Below, piece after piece: positions 48,813 through 57,959 of a DNA stretch of 64,000 bases. How positions within the stretch are numbered: the first letter of the stretch is position 1; every line of letters starts with the position of its first letter. The translations under genes were made by a program, and so were the position numbers. The stretch lies in IMG/VR virus record IMGVR_UViG_3300046532_001566, positions 52,086 through 116,085 of that record. One strand, given 5' to 3'. The notes below the pieces were generated by a model. The model did not search any database. It worked only from the letters and a program-made list of their open reading frames with translations, and was not told the origin of the DNA. This DNA comes from a virus.

Positions 48813-51800
48813 TTACCCACTAACTCTTGGTGAACCAATTAATGTTTGTGGTCTTGTATTCTTTTCAGCACGGCTTATATGTCCTTCAATGCTTTGAAGT
48901 ACTGTAAGCGTTTCTTTAGTAGTCTCTGTACGTCCGTCTGCATATGTAGTGGTTTCCTCTTTTTCCAGCTGTATTGATTCTGACACTGTTGCAGAACTTA
49001 ATGCTTTTGGTTGTTCAGGATCTTTAGCAAATAAGCTACCTACACCTGCAATAATAGTATCCCACATACTAGGTTTTGGTAATTGATCTAATGCTGATGC
49101 AGTTACTAATATACCTGCGGCTAAATCATGATATCTATCTGCCAAGTCTAACGGTAAGTTTAATTTATTAAAATCTGTATTGTTTAATGATGTTGATAAC
49201 ATCATCATAGATATTGCTAAATCTCCAATTCCATTAACTGCATCTGAGGATATGTTACTTGTCATATCAATAAAGGAATCTAACTTATCTAATGCTGTTT
49301 CAGATACTCCTTCTAATCCTTTATTAAAAATCATTAAGTTTCTACCAAATCTAGCAACCGAAGTAGCCATTAACTGGACACCTTTTGCGGCTCCAGCAAT
49401 TTTAACTATCTTATCAATTGGTCCTTCGGACTGGAACATTCCCATAAAGCTACTAAGTGCTCCGCCTCCTGCTAGTGCGGCAAGTCCTACTCCCATTAAT
49501 GCTAATGCAGGGCCTAATGCAAGTAATGTTCCAATAGGGACTGTACCTATCATTTGCAACCCATAACCTAAATCTATCATTGCTTCTCCTGCTAATCCTG
49601 CGGCAAAAGCAAACGGAATTAATGCGGCTCCAAGTACACCTATTGCTAATGCACCTAACATAATAGGTGCAATCATACCTGAAGCTCCAATAAGTGCGGC
49701 TCCAGCAGTAACTACTCCTAAAGCAATACCTCCTGCAATAACTCCGCCCCAATTAATGTTTGAAAATTGCTGGAATGCTTTACCAGCAATCCACATTGCT
49801 CCACCAACTGCGGCTAATACTGCGGCTCCGATAAAATATTTTGGATTTGATACTGCGGATAATCCTTTGCCTATTCCTTCTAATGAATACTGAACTAGTT
49901 TTCCAATTCCTTTACCTAATCCACTTCCAAGTTTAGCGGCGCCAGCTCCAATTGATGTCATTGCACTACCTATTCCTTTAGCAAGACCTGCAATCCCTTT
50001 GCCAAACGATGTCATACCTTCGCCAATTCCTTTAAAGAGCTTAGAAAGCCCTGATCCTATTCCTCCCATAGTATCTTTAATCATAGATCCTACGCTTTTA
50101 GTTTTTTCTCCAAATTTCCCTAATGCGGCAGTACTTTTAGTTAAACCAGAAGTACTAGGCATTTCAGGTGTAGTACCTCCACCACCCATCATTCCTTTTA
50201 CAAATCCTCCTGCCTTACCTAATAAACCAGGTTTACTTGCAACTCCTCCTACTACACTTTTTGCACCTTTTAATCCTCCGCCTATTGCACCAGAAGTCAT
50301 TTTGCTAAAGCCGTCTTTAACGCTACCAAATAATCCTTTAAGCATACCTCCACTACCGCCTATTGATAGTGCGGCGGCACTACCTGCGGCCGCCAACGAC
50401 ATAAAGGTACCTAATAATCCAACTCCACCTGCAACTAATCCCCAGAACGCTCCTTTAGCAAAATCAACTGATGTTTTCATGTTTGTTAAAGATTCAATAT
50501 TACCTGCTTCTGTGGTTTTTCCTTTTTTAGAATTAGCCTCAGCATCTTTATCAGATTTATTTGTAGTATCGCTTAGGCGTTTAAATGCTAATCCAATTCC
50601 GGCCGCGGCATTCATATTAGTATCAACAAAGTTTTCATTAGATGCCCATGTATTCATTGAGGCGCTTTCCATGCTTTTCATTGCGTCTAATAATGTACCG
50701 TCACCTTTAGTTTTTTGACCTGTATCCATCATTGCAATCGCTGAAGCGATTGCGGCGGCTTCAGCACCAGTCTTTCCTTCTGTTGCAATAGCAACCGCTT
50801 GACCTGTTTGTCCTGCGGCCATTGCGGCTGATGCTCTATCTCTTTGATCTTGACTTAGATTGCCAAGTAATTGTCCCATAACGCCTTGAATTTCAGTAGC
50901 ATCAGAACCTACTCCTAAGTTTGCGGCTCTTTGTCCTGCAATAGACTTTTGGAAAGCCATAGATGCTTGCATAATTGCATGAGCACTAACACCAAACTGA
51001 TCACTTAATCCTCTAGCTGTCTTTGCGGTAGTAGCATAACTCTTAATTGCTACTTGCATTGCTTTATCTTGATCTACTCCTGCCCTTCTTGCAACATCTA
51101 GTCCGGCGGCCATTAAACTAGCACTCTGTTTTTCAGTAAGTCCTAATTGTGCTGTTAACTTAGCTGTTTCGTTAACTGACTTTGCAGAAACTCCATGTGC
51201 TTTTGTAAGGTTGCCCATCATAGAAGAACCGTTTCTAACTGCTCTCGACATTTGAGATAAGTTTTTAACTGCGTCTTCTGTAGTTGCTCCTAATAACTTA
51301 AAACCACCACCACTTTCATTAATAACAGTTGCAAACTCTTTACCAAGTCCAGACATCATTGATTGTGTTTGCATTAAGCCAACACTTACTGCACCTAAGT
51401 TTAATGCTCCGCTTGCACTTCTAGCGGCTTCTGCAAAGTTTTCTAATGTTCCCCAGGCAAATCCTAAACCTAATGCAAATTTACCTAGAACTTTAGTAAA
51501 CGTTGAACTTCCGTTTATTAATGCACCTGATAATTGCTTTAATGAGTCTTGTCCAGATTTACCAGCGTCTGCTAAACCGGCACCAAATGACTTTAATCTG
51601 TTTTGAGTTGCTTTTTGTTGCCAATTCAATTTAGTTGATGAAGTTATAAGTTTAGCATTGGCTCCAGTCATATCTCCTAGGCTTTTACTAGTACCTTTTG
51701 CTGTAGCACCAAGTGAATTAAGTTTTTTAGCAACATCATCGCTGGCTCCTGAAGCTTTGTTAGCTGACTTTGTTCTATTACCACCTGTAGATGATCCTTT

Positions 51801-51875
51801 ATTACCAATATCACGACCGAGCTTGGCAATCTGATCAGTTAACTTATCTATTGCTTCTTTTAATTCTTCTTCCAT
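48813..51875 (-). CDS. Tape measure protein
   Basis: 1020 aa, Ala/Gly-rich helical repeats with a hydrophobic central segment. Next to the hub chaperone genes. Confidence 0.75.
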   Translation of the reverse strand: MEEELKEAIDKLTDQIAKLGRDIGNKGSSTGGNRTKSANKASGASDDVAKKLNSLGATAKGTSKSLGDMTGANAKLITSSTKLNWQQKATQNRLKSFGAGLADAGKSGQDSLKQLSGALINGSSTFTKVLGKFALGLGFAWGTLENFAEAARSASGALNLGAVSVGLMQTQSMMSGLGKEFATVINESGGGFKLLGATTEDAVKNLSQMSRAVRNGSSMMGNLTKAHGVSAKSVNETAKLTAQLGLTEKQSASLMAAGLDVARRAGVDQDKAMQVAIKSYATTAKTARGLSDQFGVSAHAIMQASMAFQKSIAGQRAANLGVGSDATEIQGVMGQLLGNLSQDQRDRASAAMAAGQTGQAVAIATEGKTGAEAAAIASAIAMMDTGQKTKGDGTLLDAMKSMESASMNTWASNENFVDTNMNAAAGIGLAFKRLSDTTNKSDKDAEANSKKGKTTEAGNIESLTNMKTSVDFAKGAFWGLVAGGVGLLGTFMSLAAAGSAAALSIGGSGGMLKGLFGSVKDGFSKMTSGAIGGGLKGAKSVVGGVASKPGLLGKAGGFVKGMMGGGGTTPEMPSTSGLTKSTAALGKFGEKTKSVGSMIKDTMGGIGSGLSKLFKGIGEGMTSFGKGIAGLAKGIGSAMTSIGAGAAKLGSGLGKGIGKLVQYSLEGIGKGLSAVSNPKYFIGAAVLAAVGGAMWIAGKAFQQFSNINWGGVIAGGIALGVVTAGAALIGASGMIAPIMLGALAIGVLGAALIPFAFAAGLAGEAMIDLGYGLQMIGTVPIGTLLALGPALALMGVGLAALAGGGALSSFMGMFQSEGPIDKIVKIAGAAKGVQLMATSVARFGRNLMIFNKGLEGVSETALDKLDSFIDMTSNISSDAVNGIGDLAISMMMLSTSLNNTDFNKLNLPLDLADRYHDLAAGILVTASALDQLPKPSMWDTIIAGVGSLFAKDPEQPKALSSATVSESIQLEKEETTTYADGRTETTKETLTVLQSIEGHISRAEKNTRPQTLIGSPRVSG

Positions 51876-51970
51876 AGCGGTTTTGGACCTTTGATTCGTT
51901 ATAACCTGGTATAAGTATATTTACAAATAAAAGGCTTCTATAGCCTTATTTACCTGATAGGATTAACTAC

Positions 51971-52867
51971 ATGGATAATAAAAACCCACTTTCCGGGCAA
52001 ACTGCCAATCCTTTATCGGATTATTTTAGACAACCGGGTACATATATTACTTTGCCCTCTAATGGTAGGTTCTACAAAGATAAACTTACACTATCTGATA
52101 GCGGAGAATTAGCAATATATCCGATGACTGCTAAAGATGAATTACGTCTAAAGAATCCTGATGCTTTATTTAACGGCGAAGCAATGAGAGGTGTTATCAA
52201 AAGTTCAGTACCTGACATTGAAAACGTAGACGAAATACCTTCTGCAGATGTTGATATGATACTAGTTGCTATTAAGATGGCTAGTTACGGAGATGACATG
52301 CCAATGGACGTTTCTCATAACTGTAATGAAGCAGACGGCAAGGCTCAGCGAATAAATGTAAGTTTAGGACAGATAATCAGCACATTAAGACCCATTCCAG
52401 ATAAATTAGGAACCGTGGTTTTATCAACAGGATTAGAAGTACACTTGAGACCTTATAATTTAAAGGATCAAGGAAGATTACTTAAAATGCAATTTGATTC
52501 AATGCGTAACTTACAATCAAGTGAACAACGGGGCGAAAAAATTGAAGATCAAACAAATATTGCTAACGCTGGCTTTGCTTCATTAGTAGATTTGAGTCAA
52601 GATTTACTTACTGGTGCTATTTTAAAAGTAGTTATTCCAGGTAAGGATACTGATGAAGAACCAAAAGAAATTACAGACATTAAACATATTGCAGGTTGGT
52701 TAGCTAATTTAGATAGAGGATCATGCGATAGACTTGAAGATGAATTAAAATCATTCCAAGAATTTGGAATTATTAGAGAAATTACAGCAACATGTGATTA
52801 TTGTAAAGAAGATTACAAGACAGACATGTTATTTGATCCAACAAGTTTTTTTTCCGCAGGCTCTTGA
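51971..52867 (+). CDS. gp26: Baseplate hub assembly/tail chaperone (gp26-like)
   Basis: YITLPS.G, PMTAKDE, D.D.IL.AI..ASYG, C..C, and terminal SFF. Confidence 0.75.
   Translation: MDNKNPLSGQTANPLSDYFRQPGTYITLPSNGRFYKDKLTLSDSGELAIYPMTAKDELRLKNPDALFNGEAMRGVIKSSVPDIENVDEIPSADVDMILVAIKMASYGDDMPMDVSHNCNEADGKAQRINVSLGQIISTLRPIPDKLGTVVLSTGLEVHLRPYNLKDQGRLLKMQFDSMRNLQSSEQRGEKIEDQTNIANAGFASLVDLSQDLLTGAILKVVIPGKDTDEEPKEITDIKHIAGWLANLDRGSCDRLEDELKSFQEFGIIREITATCDYCKEDYKTDMLFDPTSFFSAGS
52844..52855 (+). promoter_or_regulatory. Candidate -1 ribosomal frameshift site (T TTT TTT)
   Basis: Eight T at 52846-52853 in X XXY YYZ register. The -1 frame is open into ORF 52864-53085. Confidence 0.6.
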
Positions 52868-53085
52868 GTCTAGGAACTGATGATGCTAAGATTACGAAGT
52901 TTATTGAAAGTTTCGAACAAGACTCAAGGGCCCTGATCCAAGATATATGCAACCTAAGTGTATGGAGCGACAATCCTATAAATGTAATATGGGACATGCC
53001 GTATACTGACCGATTAGTACTATCCGAAGTTGTTAAAGAAAAGATTGATACACTGTATGGTAAAAAAGGCATTGCTAGAAGATAA
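52864..53085 (+). CDS. gp51-like hub assembly protein, probably reached by frameshift
   Basis: IWDMPYTDR resembles the gp51 'e.m.p.eR' motif. TTG start with no clear SD. Confidence 0.6.
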   Translation: MSLGTDDAKITKFIESFEQDSRALIQDICNLSVWSDNPINVIWDMPYTDRLVLSEVVKEKIDTLYGKKGIARR

Positions 53086-53839
53086 CAACACAGGTAAAGT
53101 AGTCTCGCTAGGTTGTCGACAACTATTATCATACGATATTGCTAAATGGGACAAACAAGGATTTAAAGGATCTCCTCCAGAATTTAAACACAATTCAGAA
53201 TTATTAAATCATAATGCTACTAGTATTGAAATTACTAAGTACGGAGTCAGAGGAGATAAAATGGCTAGGCCATTGTTTACTAAACATTTCCTACCATATC
53301 ATAAAAAAACTAAATGGGCACAAACAGTTATAGATAAAACTCCAAGTGGTTTTATATCAAAAGATACTTGTCAAGTATCATTATTTGAGACTAATAGCTA
53401 TACTCAACTTCAATCTATATTTGGATGGACCAGTCAAGGTAACGACATAAAGCACGGAGCTACTGGTGAGAACGTTACTACAGCAGGTATTCAATTATGG
53501 AAATTAAAACAAAATTCATTATTAACTATAGGGACCACTGTACTAAAAGTCAAAGGACAACGAAGTCTATGTAGAGGGATGGTTAACACAATGAAAGAGC
53601 CTAAAAATCCTAATACTTTGTTTAAGGAATTAATGCAAAATTTAGTATGGCAAAGACATCTATGTGGGATTATGTGTGAAGTAATAACCCCTGGATGGAT
53701 AAGTTTAGATGATAACATTATTTCAGTTGATAATCCATTAGAAGATGAAGACTATCCTAACACAATGCCAATATCTAGGAGATGGGAACGTTTAAAGCAA
53801 TTAAACTCAGTAGATTTAATTAAGTTCTTATCAGAGTAG
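53030..53839 (+). CDS. MOSC-domain protein (YiiM-like), start uncertain (53030 or 53057)
   Basis: GVRGD, QVSL, GATGENVTT.G, IG..VLKV..QRSLC and GIMCEVI.PG.I...D.I motifs. Confidence 0.7.
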   Translation: MLKKRLIHCMVKKALLEDNNTGKVVSLGCRQLLSYDIAKWDKQGFKGSPPEFKHNSELLNHNATSIEITKYGVRGDKMARPLFTKHFLPYHKKTKWAQTVIDKTPSGFISKDTCQVSLFETNSYTQLQSIFGWTSQGNDIKHGATGENVTTAGIQLWKLKQNSLLTIGTTVLKVKGQRSLCRGMVNTMKEPKNPNTLFKELMQNLVWQRHLCGIMCEVITPGWISLDDNIISVDNPLEDEDYPNTMPISRRWERLKQLNSVDLIKFLSE

Positions 53840-53867
53840 TTCATTAACATAGTTAAGTATCGCTTAT

Positions 53868-53938
53868 AGGACGAATACTTCGTCCTTGAGTATCGTAGTG
53901 CAATGCACTAACTCACTCACATACATCTTTCGAAAGAT
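53868..53938. repeat. Cluster of three short palindromes
   Basis: AGGACGAA-TAC-TTCGTCCT (53868-86), TAGTGCA-A-TGCACTA (53896-910), ATCTTTCGAAAGAT (53925-38). Confidence 0.85.
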
Positions 53939-53994
53939 AATTAATGGTATTGTTAAGATACTGTAATTTTTTTTATATACATGAATAATAATTA

Positions 53995-54400
53995 TAGCTT
54001 GAGCTGGATGAGTATCCACACTTAGCCCCGTTTGGGGGCTAAGGTAAATGGTTTGTCTTGACCCAGACTCGTACCACACTTTGGTTAAAGAAACATATTA
54101 TGTTAGGGCGGTTACGCTGTACCCTTTTACTCTCGACTGTAATAACGCAAACAATAGAACCGAACCAAACCAATTCTATTATTATGTGGGTTGTAATAGT
54201 TCACCAGAGCCCACTCATTTTAGTAATAATATACATACACCAAGCCAGTTTCATACCGTTTGACTTACGTCCTGTAAAGGATAGTGGTGATATGTCTCTG
54301 CTACTGCTCAGAAATTCCGTCCCCTGCGACTCTATTAGTCCAGGTTTTATGGGTGCAATATAACCGGCTTGCACTTACCTATCAGTAGATAACTTGCCAA
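53995..54400 (-). ncRNA. Candidate large structured non-coding RNA
   Basis: About 400 nt, relatively GC-rich, no credible ORF, many stems. G-U pairs favour the minus strand. Boundaries are approximate. Confidence 0.6.
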
Positions 54401-54405
54401 TGTGT

Positions 54406-54918
54406 TTAAGAGGTTGTCTCTGTGAGCTGTGAGTATGTTTTTACTTGTTCAAAATTATATTCCCAAAAGGAATCGTATTCTGTTATGAGCCAATTTTTGT
54501 AGTTTATAGATCGTGTTGTATTAAATTTAAACTTGTCTTCGTATGCAACATAGCGACCCTTTCTATTAAATTTCATGCATAGTAATCCTAAGTCGCCTTC
54601 ATCCATGCAGTCTATAGTTTGATTTATCCAATCATCTAGTATCAGAACATCCGTATTTTGAAGTAACTGATGAAAAGGGAAATCTGCGTAAAATTTACAT
54701 TCAAAAACCAATAAAGGAAAACTAGGTCCGGGAATGATATCTCCTTTAAAGCCTCTAATCTGTTCTTCACTTAGAAAACTTTTGCGGACATTATTCATGC
54801 CTCCAACAAACGCTCCCGAGTTAGGAACTCGTACAAAACTCTCATTGTAGATTAGAGAGAGGTGTGTTGCAACCTCTCTCTCAAACCCAGACCCTTTTGT
54901 TTTACTTTTACTTGGCAT
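54406..54918 (-). CDS. PD-(D/E)xK nuclease, Holliday-junction-resolvase-like
   Basis: SKTKGSGFERE, GDI and FECK motifs. Confidence 0.8.
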   Translation of the reverse strand: MPSKSKTKGSGFEREVATHLSLIYNESFVRVPNSGAFVGGMNNVRKSFLSEEQIRGFKGDIIPGPSFPLLVFECKFYADFPFHQLLQNTDVLILDDWINQTIDCMDEGDLGLLCMKFNRKGRYVAYEDKFKFNTTRSINYKNWLITEYDSFWEYNFEQVKTYSQLTETTS

Positions 54919-55125
54919 TTAAAGAGCGTTTTTTTCTTCTGTAATCTCTTTACGTCTTTCTTTAAGAGCTACTGCAATCGCTTGAAGAGCCTTACGAGCT
55001 CGTGTTGCACTAGCCTTAACACCTTTTTCTACAAACTTTCTGTTTTCTGCAATATATACATCCATCTGTTCCATCATAGCTAGATGGTTGGCTGAATCTC
55101 TTGGATCTTTATTTTCGGTAGTCAT
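54919..55125 (-). CDS. Histone H1-like (Hc1-type) small basic protein
   Basis: KGVKASATRARKAL....KERRKEI motif. Confidence 0.7.
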   Translation of the reverse strand: MTTENKDPRDSANHLAMMEQMDVYIAENRKFVEKGVKASATRARKALQAIAVALKERRKEITEEKNAL

Positions 55126-55136
55126 ATTATATCTCC

Positions 55137-56906
55137 TTAAAGTACAATTTCTGTTGAGTGATCAAGCATAGTAAAACCATTTTGCTTAACCACCATTAAC
55201 ACGTTATTAACGCGGCCAGCGAGTTCGTCTCGATGGCTAATTAGGAATACGTTACGATTCATTTCACGGCCCATTTTCTTTAAGACTGCCATTGATAATT
55301 CGATACCAACTTGGTCCATGCCTGAGTCTACTAATTCATCAATAAACAACAAATTCATAGGCTCTGTAAAACTTTCGTATACGTCTCTAAAACTCCAACT
55401 TAGTGCTAGGATTAACCTATTACGTTCTCCTCTACTCAAATTATCAAAATCAAACGATTGTCCTAATTGAGTAATGTCGACCTCTAAGTCACTTTTAAAA
55501 ATCACTTCATGTGGTAGTTGTAACTTATCTAAGTAATACCCTAGTCTGTGATTCAAATATGCTAAATTCTGCTCAATAATGCGTTTACGGACAAATGAGT
55601 CCTTATTAGTTAACAATTTGAGCAAAAATTCCTGGTGTTCTTGCAGTCTAGTGTACTGATTCATGTTATCCCATGAAATTTCTGCAAGGGCAGTAGTCTC
55701 AAGTGCTTCAATTTGCTCTTGATAAGGATCTGCCTCTCCTTCCTTTGCAATTAAAGAACCTTTTAAATTTTCTAGGTTACTCTGGTGCTTAATTGCATCT
55801 TCAATACTAGAATATTTTGTATGCGGACGTTCGCCCATATCACCTATTTCTCGTACTGCAATATCTGCTTGTGCAAGTAATCCGTGTTCTTCTTGCAATG
55901 CTGTTTTAATTTGATCTAATAAATTATTAGCATTAGTTATTAAAATTTCTTGTTTATCGTCATGCAATTCTTGACCACATGTATGACACTTGTGATCCTG
56001 TAACACTACTAAATTGGATTCAGAAATTTTAAAAGATTCTTTTAATTTATTAATATTACTTTGTCTATTGGCTAATTCTTTGTTAGCTAATTTTAAAAGA
56101 TTTTCGTTTTCTTTAAAAGCATCTAAAGCACGATGTGATTCAAGTTCAGCATTAATATCAGTAGCTTCTAGTTCAGTAACACCTGCCAATATATTAGTCA
56201 AGTCTTCGTCTTTTTTCTTTGCCCAGGTCCTGCTACGTCTTTTTAAATCATCAATAGTTTGCTTTACCCTAGAATTACTTTCTTCTAATGCACGATGCCT
56301 TGATTCTTCATCTTTAACTAGTTCTTTAGTATTACGAATATTTTCTTTAAGAATATCTGCTTTTTCACTAAGCTGAGTAATTCCTAATAGTTCCTCAATA
56401 ATTTCTCTTTGATCATTAGCTCGCAATGCTAAAAAAGGTTGTGTATAAGTGTTCAACGCAACAAGGTGTTTGAACATTTCTTTACCCATACCAATAAGTC
56501 TATCTATTTCTTTTTGTGTGACTCTGTTTTCGCCTTGACCTTCATCTGTTGGCTCGCCTACTTGATTATTATTAATATAAAAATGTAATACATTAGGACT
56601 GCGACCACGTTCAATTTTAAACTTTTCGCCGTTCTTTTCAAATTCTAATGTAACAAGCATATTCTTGCCATTAGTCTTGTTAATTAAATTGTGTTTGCGG
56701 ATTGTAGTTAATGCATCACCATACAATGCAAAAGACAATGCATTAACAATAGTTGTTTTACCAACACCATTACGAGCACCATCACCGCCTAAATCTAAAT
56801 TATTTCCTAACACAAGTGTAAGTCCGTCTGCATTTAGATTTAATGCTTGGGTAACATTTCCAACACTCATAAAATTTCTAATGGTAATGTTTTTAAAAAC
56901 AATCAT
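55137..56906 (-). CDS. gp46: Recombination endonuclease ATPase subunit (gp46/SbcC/Rad50)
   Basis: NFMS.GN, NGVGKTT, Zn hook CHTCGQ, LSRGE, FIDE and ISH motifs. Confidence 0.95.
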   Translation of the reverse strand: MIVFKNITIRNFMSVGNVTQALNLNADGLTLVLGNNLDLGGDGARNGVGKTTIVNALSFALYGDALTTIRKHNLINKTNGKNMLVTLEFEKNGEKFKIERGRSPNVLHFYINNNQVGEPTDEGQGENRVTQKEIDRLIGMGKEMFKHLVALNTYTQPFLALRANDQREIIEELLGITQLSEKADILKENIRNTKELVKDEESRHRALEESNSRVKQTIDDLKRRSRTWAKKKDEDLTNILAGVTELEATDINAELESHRALDAFKENENLLKLANKELANRQSNINKLKESFKISESNLVVLQDHKCHTCGQELHDDKQEILITNANNLLDQIKTALQEEHGLLAQADIAVREIGDMGERPHTKYSSIEDAIKHQSNLENLKGSLIAKEGEADPYQEQIEALETTALAEISWDNMNQYTRLQEHQEFLLKLLTNKDSFVRKRIIEQNLAYLNHRLGYYLDKLQLPHEVIFKSDLEVDITQLGQSFDFDNLSRGERNRLILALSWSFRDVYESFTEPMNLLFIDELVDSGMDQVGIELSMAVLKKMGREMNRNVFLISHRDELAGRVNNVLMVVKQNGFTMLDHSTEIVL

Positions 56907-57925
56907 TTATTCAATCCTTGATAAATTTCAGTTAACAGACGTTTATCTATCTGGGCAGAATCAATTGACTGAATCTGATTTAAAACAATAGCATCAACAC
57001 TTTCAAACGTAATCTCTCCACCTTCCCATTCTTTAGAATGTTCTTCCTTAGCATTTGGAATAAGAGACAATTCACGCATTCCGTATTCCTCATACCATTT
57101 TTCCTTGATGTAAGAAGCCTCTTCAAAGCTAATGTCTACATCAATAGTAACACGAGCAAATGTTGTATGATCAAACAAATGTTCATGATTATCAATAGCA
57201 TGTGTTAGTGACATAGTTCTAAATTTAGGAGCGTCAGGCCAGGTCCTAAATTCGTAATCCTTACCATACGGCAGTATCATCATGCCCCTTTCATCATCAC
57301 CAGCGTCGGCAAAGTTATGAGGAAATGCATTACCCATATAAACAATATTGCCTCTGCGTTGACGTTTATGGAAGTGACCGCTAAACACTAGTTCCTGATT
57401 AGGAAAATGTCCTTCGTTTAGTCCGCCGTGGTCCGGCATCTCTACCATTGCATTCATCTTAAAACGAGGCAGTTCAAAGTGGCCAAATATGTAACGAGAC
57501 TCGATATTTCTCATATCGGTCCATTCTTCTCCTACTAACCAAGGAACAATAGTCATGTCACCTATTGTAGTGATATCGTTAATAATTTGTAAATTAGGCA
57601 AATAATCACCAAAAGGTAAAGAGTTAATTTCTCGTTTTTCTCTATAAGCTAAATCATGATTACCCATAATAGCATAAACTTTTTCAAAGCTATTGCTAAG
57701 ATATTCTAAATTTGTTGTTGTATAGTTAAGAGTACTGACATTAATATTACTGCGACTATTATGCCAATCACCAAGGAATATACAAGTTTCGCACCCCTCT
57801 TTATGGGCCTGTTCTACAAACCAATGAATGAAGTTTGTACAGTCGTCATTGTGGGCTCTACTATTATTTCGTAGTCCAAAATGAATGTCAGTAAAGCATG
57901 CCGCTTTTTTAAAAGGTTGTGTCAT
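56903..57925 (-). CDS. gp47: Recombination endonuclease nuclease subunit (gp47/SbcD/Mre11)
   Basis: DIHFG, GDW, GNHD, GHFE and SGHFH motifs. Confidence 0.95.
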   Translation of the reverse strand: MTQPFKKAACFTDIHFGLRNNSRAHNDDCTNFIHWFVEQAHKEGCETCIFLGDWHNSRSNINVSTLNYTTTNLEYLSNSFEKVYAIMGNHDLAYREKREINSLPFGDYLPNLQIINDITTIGDMTIVPWLVGEEWTDMRNIESRYIFGHFELPRFKMNAMVEMPDHGGLNEGHFPNQELVFSGHFHKRQRRGNIVYMGNAFPHNFADAGDDERGMMILPYGKDYEFRTWPDAPKFRTMSLTHAIDNHEHLFDHTTFARVTIDVDISFEEASYIKEKWYEEYGMRELSLIPNAKEEHSKEWEGGEITFESVDAIVLNQIQSIDSAQIDKRLLTEIYQGLNK

Positions 57926-57930
57926 CCTAT

Positions 57931-57959
57931 ATTATAACACACTATTTGCTTGAAGTCTA
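57931..57959 (-). promoter_or_regulatory. Sigma70-like promoter of gp47
   Basis: TAGACT-17nt-TATAAT, with ATG 5 nt past the -10 box. Confidence 0.55.

Noticed and set aside
53864-54363. Short ORFs (71-101 aa) in the large gap
   Set aside because: They overlap each other, have no SD and have atypical composition. The dense base-pairing explains the region better.
53995-54400. Group I intron or tRNA/tmRNA identity for the structured region
   Set aside because: It interrupts no gene, and I could not find convincing P7 (R/S) elements or a T-loop/acceptor stem. A covariance-model search is needed to exclude these formally.
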